This document shows, in pieces, positions 1-9,254 of a stretch of DNA of 64,000 bases. Positions within the stretch are counted from its first letter, which is position 1, and every line of letters begins with the position of its first letter. The translations under genes and the position numbers were made by a program. Source of the stretch: a virus. The notes below the pieces were generated by a model, which was not told the origin of the DNA, ran no database searches, and saw nothing but the letters and a program-made list of their open reading frames with translations. The stretch spans positions 1 through 64,000 of IMG/VR virus record IMGVR_UViG_3300044701_004608. The stretch is one strand, 5' to 3'.

Positions 1-411
1 CCATTCACGCTTCTCTACCCCACCCCGCAGTTCATCCACCCAGTCATCAGGCGTATCGGCCCAAGCCTTCGTGCCTCGCTTGACCATTTCCTCAAACTCA
101 TGTTCACGTTTTGCCGTTTCATCGACAGGTTCTTGGCTTATGTCGCTGGCGTGTACAGGTGCTGTATAGAGTGCTGTTCCTGGACTAAACAATTTGTCTT
201 TGTATATAGGCAAAATAACGCATTGTCCTCCGTAATAACCAGATACAAACGCCACAGGCTCTTGCTTCTCTGCCTCTGCGATGGCTTGGCGTAGTGGCTG
301 TATGGCTTTTGTTGCTCTACCAAGTTCATCGCTTGCTCTGCCAACATCAAGGCAAGTCTTTTGCCATGACTCCAAAGCCTCCAATGCTTGCTTCATTGCT
401 GAGATGCTCAT
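1..411 (-). CDS. Mosaic small phage protein (MSISAMKQALEAL...EKQEPVA...KREW), runs off left edge
   Basis: Hand-translated open frame from ATG 411 to the window edge; shares DNA blocks with 1224..1715. Confidence 0.8.
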   Translation of the reverse strand, partial: MSISAMKQALEALESWQKTCLDVGRASDELGRATKAIQPLRQAIAEAEKQEPVAFVSGYYGGQCVILPIYKDKLFSPGTALYTAPVHASDISQEPVDETAKREHEFEEMVKRGTKAWADTPDDWVDELRGGVEKREW

Positions 412-414
412 AAT

Positions 415-615
415 CTATCGCTCATTGATATTCTCCAATCTTTCTCGCCACATCCTCATGGCGATATCCAACTGGCGGATTTGAGATAATCTTATATCAT
501 CCATGACGCCCATACCAATATACTCTGAGGTCATGTTCCGTTCAGTCATCTTCCAGAGTCGATCTCTCTTTTCTTGTAGTGTATCGAGCACTACATCATA
601 TTTTTCTTCTGTCAT
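415..615 (-). CDS. Hypothetical protein (MTEEKYDVV...)
   Basis: ORF track; start trimmed to the ATGA overlap with the upstream gene. Confidence 0.65.
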   Translation of the reverse strand: MTEEKYDVVLDTLQEKRDRLWKMTERNMTSEYIGMGVMDDIRLSQIRQLDIAMRMWRERLENINER

Positions 616-803
616 TTGCCTTCCTTGGCGTCGCTGTGACCTATGATGTAGCCGAGGAACACGGCGAACAAGATGGCCACTATGGCTATCGCTGTACCGA
701 TGATGGGTCCCCAGTTCACGGTCTCGATCCGCAACCAAGAAGGCAGGATCAACACCACCCCTAACACCATGCCGATCAACAATGCTTGGAGGTCTTTTTT
801 CAA
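612..803 (-). CDS. Small two-TM membrane protein
   Basis: Two hydrophobic segments; overlaps both neighbours. Confidence 0.65.
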   Translation of the reverse strand: MKKDLQALLIGMVLGVVLILPSWLRIETVNWGPIIGTAIAIVAILFAVFLGYIIGHSDAKEGK

Positions 804-964
804 GAGTTCTTCTCCTTTTCCAATGCCGCTTCGATGGCTCGGACCAGTGCCATCACGGCCGCATCCACATCCACTTCGGGTTCTTGGATCCAGAGGTTGC
901 GGCCATCATAGGGAGAAAACGATCGCAGGGCCTCCAAGGCTTGCCCCATTGCTTTGATGCTCAT
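800..964 (-). CDS. Small phage protein (MSIKAMGQALEAL..., 54 aa)
   Basis: Hand-translated; N-terminus paralogous to 1..411 and 1224..1715; ATGA overlap. Confidence 0.7.
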   Translation of the reverse strand: MSIKAMGQALEALRSFSPYDGRNLWIQEPEVDVDAAVMALVRAIEAALEKEKNS

Positions 965-1227
965 GTGTTCTTCTCCTTTAGTTTGGCTTGCGTTAGAAGC
1001 ACAATATCTGCGCTGCTTTCTTGTTCGTATATAGCTTCTATATCCTCATCCGTCAACCCAACCCATTCACGCTCAGGCTGCGCTAGTCGTTCACGCAGGG
1101 CTTCAAGTGTTTCGTCGGTGTGTTGTTTGCAACTCTCAAGTGCCGACTCAGGCCACACCCATTCGCCATAGTTATCCCAACCCTCAAGCGTATGCAACGC
1201 CATCTGCATTAGTTCACGGTCTGTCAT
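961..1227 (-). CDS. Mosaic small phage protein (EREWVGLTDE...AKLKEKNT)
   Basis: ORF track; shares C-terminal module with 1224..1715. Confidence 0.8.
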   Translation of the reverse strand: MTDRELMQMALHTLEGWDNYGEWVWPESALESCKQHTDETLEALRERLAQPEREWVGLTDEDIEAIYEQESSADIVLLTQAKLKEKNT

Positions 1228-1715
1228 GTATTCTTCTCCTTTAGTTTGGCTTCTGCGTTTCGTATTGAAACTTCACAGCATTCTGGATATTCCCGTATCA
1301 AGAACACTTCCTCATCCGTCAGCCCAACCCATTCACGCTTTGGTGGTGCGGTGTAAAGTGCCTGAACTGTTCGCAAACCTTTTGTTTGCTCAGCAGACTC
1401 AAGAAAACGCCAGTGCGGTGTGCGATCCCAAAAAGTGCCAGTTTCATACATCCACGCCACAGGCTCATGTCCACATTTTGCCGTTTCATCGACACGTTCT
1501 TGCGATATGTCGCTGGCGTGTACAGGTTGTGGTTCACGGTGACTTATCGGTTCGCCGTCCTCAAAGTAAACCTCACGCAATATCCATCCGTCTTGCTTCT
1601 CTGCCTCTGCGATGGCTTGGCGTAGTGCGGTAACTGCCTCATAACTTATGATTGCCTGCTCATCGTTTATCCACTTCAAAGCGTCCAATGCTTGCTTCAT
1701 TGCTGAGATGCTCAC
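1224..1715 (-). CDS. Mosaic small phage protein (EPVAW...LYTAPPKREWVGLTDEE)
   Basis: ORF track 1224..1778; GTG start at 1715 chosen by homology to 1..411. Confidence 0.8.
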   Translation of the reverse strand: MSISAMKQALDALKWINDEQAIISYEAVTALRQAIAEAEKQDGWILREVYFEDGEPISHREPQPVHASDISQERVDETAKCGHEPVAWMYETGTFWDRTPHWRFLESAEQTKGLRTVQALYTAPPKREWVGLTDEEVFLIREYPECCEVSIRNAEAKLKEKNT

Positions 1716-1949
1716 TTGGATTCCTTCCATGCTCGATCTTGACATTCTTTCCAGGTCCGGGCCAGCCACTCTTGCCATTCTTTTGCTGTCATCATCGAAC
1801 TTCTCCTACGAATTGTCTATAGAATTGGATCTCGATTGCCAAAGCCTCGCGGAACTCCTGTGTGCCGGGCTGGTATCCAAACGCTCGCACATTGGCCTCG
1901 CATTCACGATACAAGGGCATCTCTCTTTTCAGCAGTTCAGGTGCGGTCA

Positions 1950-2252
1950 TCATGCTGCCTCCAATTCAATAACTTTAGCGGGGTACTGGATCGAACCTTC
2001 GTATTCCAGTTGGCTACGCTCGAAGTCGGTGACATAGTCATCGGCCACCAACTCCCAGTCCAGGATGTACTCTTCGGTGAACTCACCCGAATACTCGATC
2101 TGGCCACGCACCTGCTCGACCAAGAGCCCAGGAGCCCGGGTACACGGGTCCACGTTCAGGATGAAGTAGTCCTCGCCGCCCTTGAACTTCCAGTAAGGCT
2201 CTTCGGCGGTACCGTAGTTTTCGCGATATTGTGTGGTGATCAGGATCTTCAT
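1950..2252 (-). CDS. Hypothetical early phage protein (TQYRENYG...YWKFKGG)
   Basis: ORF with GGAG RBS downstream of an early promoter. Confidence 0.8.
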   Translation of the reverse strand: MKILITTQYRENYGTAEEPYWKFKGGEDYFILNVDPCTRAPGLLVEQVRGQIEYSGEFTEEYILDWELVADDYVTDFERSQLEYEGSIQYPAKVIELEAA

Positions 2253-2282
2253 CTTCGCTCCGTTCGTTTACTGTATGCTTAT

Positions 2283-2312
2283 ATTATAACCGAAATGGCC
2301 ATTTCTGGTCAA
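2283..2312 (-). promoter_or_regulatory. Sigma70-type early promoter TTGACC-N18-TATAAT
   Basis: Hexamers visible; spacer resembles those at 2525, 13610 and 58220. Confidence 0.75.
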
Positions 2313-2318
2313 CCGCCC

Positions 2319-2492
2319 TTATTTTTGGGGTTTTGGGCCCACACCGCAGGCGTAGAAGAAGCGATCTTGATCGAAGCGGCTGTTGGCTTCTCGGCAGGCT
2401 GACGCCACAGCGATGGCCGCTTGCAAGCGAGCATGTGGGTCCAGGATCGAGTCGATGTATCGGGCGAGCAGTTCAAAGTGTTTCTTAGACAT
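2319..2492 (-). CDS. Small phage protein (MSKKHFELLA...RFDQDRFFYACG, 57 aa)
   Basis: Hand-translated; AGGAG RBS; lies between two early promoters. Confidence 0.75.
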   Translation of the reverse strand: MSKKHFELLARYIDSILDPHARLQAAIAVASACREANSRFDQDRFFYACGVGPKPQK

Positions 2493-2524
2493 ACTGTGGC
2501 TCCTAGTAGTTACTGTATGCCTAC

Positions 2525-2553
2525 ATTGTATGGAAATGGGAATTATTGGTCAA
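2525..2553 (-). promoter_or_regulatory. Early promoter TTGACC-N17-TACAAT
   Basis: Hexamers plus conserved ATTCCCATTT spacer. Confidence 0.8.
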
Positions 2554-2658
2554 CCGCGAAACTCAATAGAAACCATTAGTAATGTTGCGCTACAGCATAA
2601 ATACTAGTAGAAACCATGAGTTTCTGCCCTATACAAAAATCTCACGAGGAAAAAGAAA

Positions 2659-2793
2659 ATGAAAAAAATATTGAAATCTATCGCTTGCTTTTTTGAAAGC
2701 ATGGCCCGGGCCCGTGCAGCCGCTGAACTTTCTCGAGCTGGCAAACACGAAGCGGCTAGGCGTGTTATTTCGGAGAAGTGCGAATGCTGTTAA
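2659..2793 (+). CDS. Small protein (MKKILKSIA...ARARAAAELSRAG, 44 aa)
   Basis: Hand-translated; GAGGA RBS; downstream of CATAAATA late box. Confidence 0.65.
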   Translation: MKKILKSIACFFESMARARAAAELSRAGKHEAARRVISEKCECC

Positions 2794-2915
2794 AATGGTT
2801 AGATGATTTCATGCGTCGTTGGACGCAGAGTGAAATGGACCGATTCTTTGAAGGGGTGAACCCGGAATCTGTCAAGGACATCGACAAATTCTTAAGGAGC
2901 AAAGGATGGCTATGA
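2784..2915 (+). CDS. Small protein (MLLKWLDDFMRRWTQSEMDRFF, 43 aa), possibly DUF3563-like
   Basis: Hand-translated; GGAG RBS; coupled to a 23-aa ORF at 2912..2983. Confidence 0.55.
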   Translation: MLLKWLDDFMRRWTQSEMDRFFEGVNPESVKDIDKFLRSKGWL

Positions 2916-3158
2916 CCAATTGGTGGCCCGTCACGGACGAAGAATGGGAACAGTTAAACTATCCCCGGAACAAGCAGAAGTGATTTCTGCTTTTTTCAAC
3001 TTACCTATCTACGACTAGTCGTAGATACGGCTTTTTCTGGTGATAACATTGATCTAATAAGCGAGTAGGAAAAAAGACTACAGCTTTAGTAATTTGCGAT
3101 TTAGACAAAGATTTTCATAAATAATTGAGTAAAATACTTTGATCAAAGGATTACCCCC

Positions 3159-3353
3159 ATGCCTTGGAAATTAAAAGAACAAGTCTTAGCAAAAAGAACG
3201 CTGGATCCATTGGATATAAAATTTTTCAACGTCGAAAAAGATACGCCTTTTGAGTCAGCTGAACAGACGAATAACCCCGCATTCACAAGAGTATACAATG
3301 CCGATGGCTTATCTTTGTTCGTGCCTACTGCATCATTAGAGCAAGTTGCCTAA
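3159..3353 (+). CDS. Hypothetical protein
   Basis: ORF with AAGGA RBS after CATAAATA box. Confidence 0.65.
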   Translation: MPWKLKEQVLAKRTLDPLDIKFFNVEKDTPFESAEQTNNPAFTRVYNADGLSLFVPTASLEQVA

Positions 3354-3367
3354 GGAGATTTATAATA

Positions 3368-3793
3368 ATGACATACTCTCTAATTAGTAAATTTTATAAC
3401 CAGACACAGAATTTATTTTTCGAAACCGCACCAGAAAATGCCTCTCTATTGGGCCGGTTCGCAGAAATGAAGGCTTCAATATCGTTGAAGCATAACTATG
3501 ATTTCCACCTTGTTAGCAGAACAACTACTCAAGAATCCGACGGAACATGGGTATATACCATCACTTCTACAAATATTCCCACAGTAGAAGACGCCGAGAC
3601 TAGATATCAGGATCAGTTGAATGCCTCATTTTGGCAAGATCATATTTTCGAGTGGAACAAAAACAACAATGTTAAATCAAGGACCGAGATCGTAGATTCG
3701 TCAGGTAATCTGGTTAAGTTGTTGCATGACAATCGCAGTATTGGAGTAGCGGGCTCTGGCCCGAGTGCTTGGGCTCCTTACGTTCCTGCCTAA
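3368..3793 (+). CDS. Hypothetical protein
   Basis: ORF with AAGGAG RBS. Confidence 0.75.
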   Translation: MTYSLISKFYNQTQNLFFETAPENASLLGRFAEMKASISLKHNYDFHLVSRTTTQESDGTWVYTITSTNIPTVEDAETRYQDQLNASFWQDHIFEWNKNNNVKSRTEIVDSSGNLVKLLHDNRSIGVAGSGPSAWAPYVPA

Positions 3794-3802
3794 ATCGTTC
3801 TC

Positions 3803-3839
3803 TATGTTGGTTTTTGGTTAGACGCCAAAAACCAACATA
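3803..3839. terminator. 15-bp stem hairpin after 3368..3793
   Basis: TATGTTGGTTTTTGG-N7-CCAAAAACCAACATA. Confidence 0.55.
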
Positions 3840-3903
3840 AACTCTCAAATCAGATAAATATTACTAAGGATCTTTCGATCCCTAAATCCTAGGAGAAATA
3901 AAA

Positions 3904-4845
3904 ATGACACAACCTTTGAAACTTCGTTGGGTACTTGCGCATATACCTTACGATCTTTTCCTTCGTTCTGCCAATGCTTTTGCTCGTGCTGTTAAAGAAA
4001 AAACTAACGGTGCGATCGAAATCGAAGTATTAGGTAAGAAAGAATGGGAACAGCAATACAATAATGGTAAAGAAGTTGGCAACTTTGGTTTTCTGAAACT
4101 GTTGTCGAGCGGAGCCATTGAAATGAGCCAGACATATTCCACAGTACTGGGTCATGTAAATAAAGACTTTTTCGTACTTGACATGCCTTTCTTGTTTGAG
4201 AACCATGAGCACGCCGCTCGCGTTCTTGATGGCGAAGTTGGTCAGCAGTTGATGAGCAGCCTAGCTGAGACATCGGGCACACGTGGCCTGGCATTTACAT
4301 ACTCAGGTGGTTATAAGATGATGGCCGTTAACAAGCGTGCCGAAAGCATCAATGACCTGAAAGGCCAGACACTACGTTGTGGCAACAGCCCTGTTTCTAA
4401 AGCTACATTCGAAGCCATCGGTGCTAATCCTTTCCCCAAAGGTGTTGACGGATTCGCTGATTCTGTTACAGCAGGCGAGTGCGAAGGCGGCGAGAACGTG
4501 TTCCCACGTTACTTCCGTAGCAATGTAAACAAGGTAACAAATACTGTCGCTAATACCGAGCATGCTTTGTTCCTGACAAGCATCATCATCAGTGAAAAAG
4601 TTTGGAACCAGCTCACAACTGAGCAGCAAGAGATCCTGCGTGAGTGCGCCGAGATCGCTGCCAAGGAAGAGCGCCACGAGAGCCTAGTAGACGGTGCTGC
4701 TGCTGTTGAGCGTTGCGCCCAAGAAGGTATCGAAGTCATTGAGTGGAGCGAAGAAGCTATCGCTGAATTCAAGGCTGCTGTACAACCTGTTTACGAGCAG
4801 TTCGAGGAATATGCTGATATTGTAGCTAAGATCAAGAATGCCTAA
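3904..4845 (+). CDS. dctP: TRAP transporter substrate-binding protein, DctP family
   Basis: VKEKTNGAIEIEV, LDMPFLF, DLKGQTLR, GGEN motifs; no signal peptide evident. Confidence 0.85.
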   Translation: MTQPLKLRWVLAHIPYDLFLRSANAFARAVKEKTNGAIEIEVLGKKEWEQQYNNGKEVGNFGFLKLLSSGAIEMSQTYSTVLGHVNKDFFVLDMPFLFENHEHAARVLDGEVGQQLMSSLAETSGTRGLAFTYSGGYKMMAVNKRAESINDLKGQTLRCGNSPVSKATFEAIGANPFPKGVDGFADSVTAGECEGGENVFPRYFRSNVNKVTNTVANTEHALFLTSIIISEKVWNQLTTEQQEILRECAEIAAKEERHESLVDGAAAVERCAQEGIEVIEWSEEAIAEFKAAVQPVYEQFEEYADIVAKIKNA

Positions 4846-4863
4846 TTAGGTTTTGAGATCATG

Positions 4864-4890
4864 AAAAAGCCCGCCTAAGCGGGCTTTTTT
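4864..4890. terminator. Bidirectional intrinsic terminator
   Basis: AAAAAGCCCGC-CTAA-GCGGGCTTTTTT between convergent genes. Confidence 0.85.
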
Positions 4891-4902
4891 ATTGGCTACG
4901 GT

Positions 4903-5760
4903 TTACTTCTTTTTCCAGTAATGATTGTAGACGTTATCGACATGCTCTCTCACTGAGTTCACGTCTTTGCCTGCGATGCTCTTAGACTTGGTATCAGCGA
5001 AACCGTTCTGCTCGATAGATGCCAAGAAGTCTTTGTCTTGTCCGGCCGCTTCTACTGCTTTCTTCACACCACCGTTGCCATTGGTATGGATCATCTGGAT
5101 GATCGGTAATGTAGGTACCTTCATGCCCTTGAATGTATTGCCGATGAACTTAGGAGAACGTGGGTCATAATCATACACACATTCGATCTCCCCACGCTTC
5201 TCAGGTTCGTTCACTACGCCTGCGCCAATGATGCCGTAGTCGATGTCACCGGCTAACACAGCGGCCAACACGGTCTTGGAACCGGAATAAGGCACACCAC
5301 GTAATTTACGTTTGCCACCATTGAGGTCTTCGAACAGTCCGTCACTGAGGATCACTGAAGCGATGCCTACCGTAGTAGGTTCATCGCCGAACCCTTTCTT
5401 GTTCCCGGGCTTCCGGCAGAACTTGAGATAGCTCTTGGTGATCAGCGTGGTGTTGTTAGGTGTAGCACTGAACTCACAAGACACATCTTTGTTCTTGGCA
5501 GCGATAGCCACGTCTGCGTTGTAGACCATGACAGCATTCTTGGTGCTTTTATATTTGGAGTCAGCGTCGGCGCACGAACTGGCTTGATAGAACTCTACGT
5601 CGTATTTTCCGTTTTTGCGCAAAGCGTCTTCGTAGCTTTTAGCGAACACAGTGGCCGGGCTCGCTTTGTTGCTGGGGTTGATCACCGTGATGGTCTCTTT
5701 CGCATGGGCCAGAGAAGCGACAGTGATCATTGCCACAGCGAGGATGGTTTTCTTGAACAT
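4903..5760 (-). CDS. Periplasmic binding protein, TctC/Bug-like
   Basis: Signal peptide; VPYSGS...LAAVLAGDIDY motif; adjacent to TctA-like gene. Confidence 0.7.
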   Translation of the reverse strand: MFKKTILAVAMITVASLAHAKETITVINPSNKASPATVFAKSYEDALRKNGKYDVEFYQASSCADADSKYKSTKNAVMVYNADVAIAAKNKDVSCEFSATPNNTTLITKSYLKFCRKPGNKKGFGDEPTTVGIASVILSDGLFEDLNGGKRKLRGVPYSGSKTVLAAVLAGDIDYGIIGAGVVNEPEKRGEIECVYDYDPRSPKFIGNTFKGMKVPTLPIIQMIHTNGNGGVKKAVEAAGQDKDFLASIEQNGFADTKSKSIAGKDVNSVREHVDNVYNHYWKKK

Positions 5761-5771
5761 CGGGGTTCCTT

Positions 5772-7079
5772 TTAGTAAAAATATATATTGTAGAATTGTA
5801 GCACGGTCCAGATGAGTCTGTCACCGAACATTATACCAAAGATAAGCAATATGGGATTCGCTTTAAAGTATTTAAGTACGGTCCCTATCACGGTGAAAAA
5901 AACCAATAACGATACATAGATCAGTAAAGTGGTCTCGTTGAAATACATATCTGCCACGACCATTGCGGAGATGATCGCGAATAACAACCATTTGCTCTTT
6001 CCGTACAGCCTTTTGACCACGGAAACATAGATATCGATGAACTTCGTGCTGAGCAAAAAGTAAAAGACAGTAGCTAACATCGCTGTCGCTATCACGGTAT
6101 CAAACACAGTCAATCCAGAAAAATAATGACTGCTTTGTGCGGCCAGTGTAGGTATATCTACGTTTTTGATATCCATCACGTTGCTGATGATCAATGCCGA
6201 AGCGGTGATAGGCAGACCCATCACGAAGAACGGTAAGAACATCATGACCACCCCGGGGTTGTTCGCTGTCTCGGCGGCCACTACTTGTTGGAACACACCT
6301 TGCCGTCTATGGGCATGATATGCGGCCGCTGACGCTGTTTCTGCCGCAGGCCCAGGCACGCTACCAGCGAAAAGTCCTATGACCGTGCTTTTGATTATAG
6401 TCCACCAGGTGCGGTCATCGCTGGCACTGGCTTGATAATGTGTCGGTGCCTTGCCGTCTGCGTGTAAACGATCGAAGATCAGATCTGGTATGATCATTAG
6501 CCCTGCGACTAAAAGGAAGAACGAAGTGTTTTCGAACAACTGTTGTATCTGATACCACCAAGTCGGCAAGGCATAGTTATTAGTTGGTCCTAACGCTATG
6601 CCCACTAACAATAAGAACAATGCTATCAAAGGACGACGATCCGTGGCCGCGAATAACGAAACCACTATCAAGAATATCGCTAGTGTGAAGTTGACGCTGG
6701 CCAAGACATGGCTCATCCCCGACAGCCAATGATACGCTGACCATACTACTGCTAATGCCACCACTCCTGCGAAAAGACTACCTTTAGCAGTCTGATACAG
6801 CAAACGGTTGCGTTCTTCTAGCGTCATTGACTTCAAGTCATTGATGTATACTAGACTAGATGCTTCGCCCGGTATGCCGAGCGTGATGGTGCTCACTGAA
6901 CCAAAGAACTGGCTACCGATCGCGGCAGTAGCCCAGAACACCAACAAGAGCTCTGGGGGCCAGAAACTATGTAGGGCATACACTAAGAAGCCAGCGAAAT
7001 ATATCGGAAAGACAGAAAACAATCCCAGCAGGATACCAACGAGTAGCCCTAGTAGTACAACCGATATAACTGAAATCAA
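5772..7079 (-). CDS. tctA: Tripartite tricarboxylate transporter permease, TctA family
   Basis: FFGS...LGIPGEASS, VAAETANN, GLPITAS motifs; polytopic membrane protein. Confidence 0.8.
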   Translation of the reverse strand: MISVISVVLLGLLVGILLGLFSVFPIYFAGFLVYALHSFWPPELLLVFWATAAIGSQFFGSVSTITLGIPGEASSLVYINDLKSMTLEERNRLLYQTAKGSLFAGVVALAVVWSAYHWLSGMSHVLASVNFTLAIFLIVVSLFAATDRRPLIALFLLLVGIALGPTNNYALPTWWYQIQQLFENTSFFLLVAGLMIIPDLIFDRLHADGKAPTHYQASASDDRTWWTIIKSTVIGLFAGSVPGPAAETASAAAYHAHRRQGVFQQVVAAETANNPGVVMMFLPFFVMGLPITASALIISNVMDIKNVDIPTLAAQSSHYFSGLTVFDTVIATAMLATVFYFLLSTKFIDIYVSVVKRLYGKSKWLLFAIISAMVVADMYFNETTLLIYVSLLVFFTVIGTVLKYFKANPILLIFGIMFGDRLIWTVLQFYNIYFY

Positions 7080-7081
7080 AT

Positions 7082-8035
7082 TTAGTTCGCTCTTATAAAA
7101 TCAGTGATTCCGGAGATCAATTCATCCTCGACCCCACGGAATCCATGATGTCCCATTGAAAAATGGGGAAGCCCGGGGTCAATGCCACCGTCGATGGGTA
7201 AGTATTTTGTGACCTTGGCCCCTGATCTTTCTAAAATCGTGACAGCGATTAATTCGTCAGTGACTAACGCTCGATCTCTGATATGTTGCACAGTCATTAA
7301 TGGTATCTCTACTTCTTTCTGGAAATATTGCAATTTGTCAAGGCAATATCTCCAGGTGCTTCTCCAGCTCGGACTGGCCAAAATCATTCCAGAGATTTTT
7401 GTATGATCTTCTATCGTATCGTAAAACCTAGCCAGGAATTCACAGGCATTACAATGCCCAATAGTCCATAGTTGATTGTTCTCTCCCATTAGATTTTTAA
7501 TCTGCTCTAAAATCATAAAAAAATCTCGGTAGGCACTTAACAATCTTCCTTGCTGGGTATCGGGCGCCTTATCTGCCACGTAGGATAATTTATCCCATGG
7601 AAGATTTTTAAATTTTAAATTTTCTGTGACCCTAGTCCAGGCCCAGCCGAGTCCGTGGTCAAAATCTATCACTACAAGATTGATATCGTCGGGCCAACGA
7701 GCGAACAGATTCATAGGCAATATCATACCTCGAGGATAAATTTTTGTGTCGACAGCAAAGATCCTTCCAGCACCGCCGTGCAAGAAAATCGCTGTTTTAG
7801 AATTGTTTGGGTTCATCTTGACAAGAGCACGGTGTTTTCTTTTTGTACCTGTTATTGGATAAGGGCAAAAATCACCGTAGGTCGTTGATAAGAGTTCAAG
7901 GTCTTCGTCTGTGAGTATTTCTCCATGTTCAGACGGAAGATCGGGATCAAAGTCTTTTTTCCCCCAACCCTTAGAGTTTGACAAGTCTAGATTAAATTCT
8001 TTTTCCATTGAAGTTTGCCTATTCGAAAGGAGCAT
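7082..8035 (-). CDS. Alpha/beta-hydrolase-like protein
   Basis: IFLHGG, GHCNA elbow, C-terminal HHGF. Confidence 0.55.
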   Translation of the reverse strand: MLLSNRQTSMEKEFNLDLSNSKGWGKKDFDPDLPSEHGEILTDEDLELLSTTYGDFCPYPITGTKRKHRALVKMNPNNSKTAIFLHGGAGRIFAVDTKIYPRGMILPMNLFARWPDDINLVVIDFDHGLGWAWTRVTENLKFKNLPWDKLSYVADKAPDTQQGRLLSAYRDFFMILEQIKNLMGENNQLWTIGHCNACEFLARFYDTIEDHTKISGMILASPSWRSTWRYCLDKLQYFQKEVEIPLMTVQHIRDRALVTDELIAVTILERSGAKVTKYLPIDGGIDPGLPHFSMGHHGFRGVEDELISGITDFIRAN

Positions 8036-8044
8036 AAAGATAAG

Positions 8045-8383
8045 GCCCGGTTCTTTGGGTGATAAGGAAGAACCGGAAAAAGACCTCAGCTATGCCTTAA
8101 GCGGCGATAGCGAATGAACTGTCGTTTGCAGTTACTTGTTTTGCTTCTTCGGCCAGGAAACCCCAACCCTACGGTTTTCACATTACCGCGCTGTCCACTC
8201 CGCTACTCCTTGCCCTGTCGAAACCAGGTCCGGCCCATCAGAAGAAAACTTAGAACCTTTCACAGTGGCAACCATTTCTGGTTATGCCCGGGCCGCGGAC
8301 CCGCTAAATTTTCTTTTGGTGGACCGGGCGGGAATCGAACCCGCGTCCAGAACACATTTTGCTTCGCTTCATACAGCGATACT
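8045..8383 (-). ncRNA. ssrA: Permuted (two-piece) tmRNA; tag ANDSSFAIAA*
   Basis: T-arm and CCGGTCC-ACCA end at 8317; 80-nt spacer; GGGCCGG 5' end at 8236 giving a G3.U70 pair; tag frame 8129..8097; outer ends approximate. Confidence 0.9.
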
Positions 8384-8414
8384 ATTATTTATTATACACC
8401 CATCGGTCCGAAAG

Positions 8415-9236
8415 TCAACTGACTTTGGGTAGTTTGCCCGTACAGATCAAGTTGCTGGCGATGTAGCCAACGATACCTGACAGCATCAATGAAGCAGTCT
8501 GTGGGCTCAACCAAGCATATGGTGTCTTGATAACTGCTTGACTCATAACAAACGTGATAGCGGCGATGAGATCATCTTTGTGCTTTTCACCTACACCTTT
8601 TCTAACATCGGGAATGTGCCAGATCATATCAACCAAGAATGATGAGCAAGCATTACATTGAGTCATGACCACTGTGCGGGTCAGCGCACCTTTGGCCATA
8701 GCAGTAGCAGTTGCGGCGCACATTGGTGCGAACATGGCAGTGGTTTCACCTTCGGTGGCTGGGTTGTTTAGGCTTGCGGCAAAGGCACCAGTGATGGCGC
8801 TACTGACGCCGATCAGGCATGCGTTTTCAGCAAGGTATTCGCCCATGTCAACTAAACTGTCGCCAACCATGACAGCACCATCTTCGATCGCACTACCAGC
8901 GGTTTTCAATCCGGCGACGAATTCATCACTGGCATAGTTGGCTTTCTTGGCAGCATCGTTGTAGGTGTCAACAGCGGCTTGCTCAGCAGGCTTCAGCACC
9001 GTCTTGGTGATGTCGTTGATGGCCTTGGTGCTTTCCTTGGCGATCTGGTCTGCGGTCTTGTTGAGCGTCTTGGCGCAATCATTGACCACATCCTCTACTG
9101 TGTCCGTGGCATCTGTGAACGCTTTGCCTATGTCCTTGCCAGCATCTACCACTGCGTTGCCTACATCCTTGGCCCCATCGGTGATGGACTTGCCTACCTT
9201 TTTCCAACTCTTTTTGCTGAACGGATTGAATCCCAT
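8415..9236 (-). CDS. Hypothetical protein with amphipathic 11-mer-like N-terminal repeats
   Basis: ORF with AAGGA RBS. Confidence 0.75.
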   Translation of the reverse strand: MGFNPFSKKSWKKVGKSITDGAKDVGNAVVDAGKDIGKAFTDATDTVEDVVNDCAKTLNKTADQIAKESTKAINDITKTVLKPAEQAAVDTYNDAAKKANYASDEFVAGLKTAGSAIEDGAVMVGDSLVDMGEYLAENACLIGVSSAITGAFAASLNNPATEGETTAMFAPMCAATATAMAKGALTRTVVMTQCNACSSFLVDMIWHIPDVRKGVGEKHKDDLIAAITFVMSQAVIKTPYAWLSPQTASLMLSGIVGYIASNLICTGKLPKVS

Positions 9237-9254
9237 GTGTTTTTCCTTTTTATC

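Noticed and set aside
1-1715. Diversity-generating retroelement TR/VR pair
   Set aside because: Shared blocks are short and near-identical without adenine-specific mismatches; no reverse transcriptase in the window
2582-2598. PhaR-type TGC-N3-GCA operator (ATGTTGCGCTACAGCAT)
   Set aside because: One mismatch, single copy and no phasin gene recognised
8317-8350. Stand-alone tRNA gene
   Set aside because: Only the T-arm and 3' acceptor strand are present; the matching 5' strand lies downstream with a tag ORF, so it is a permuted tmRNA
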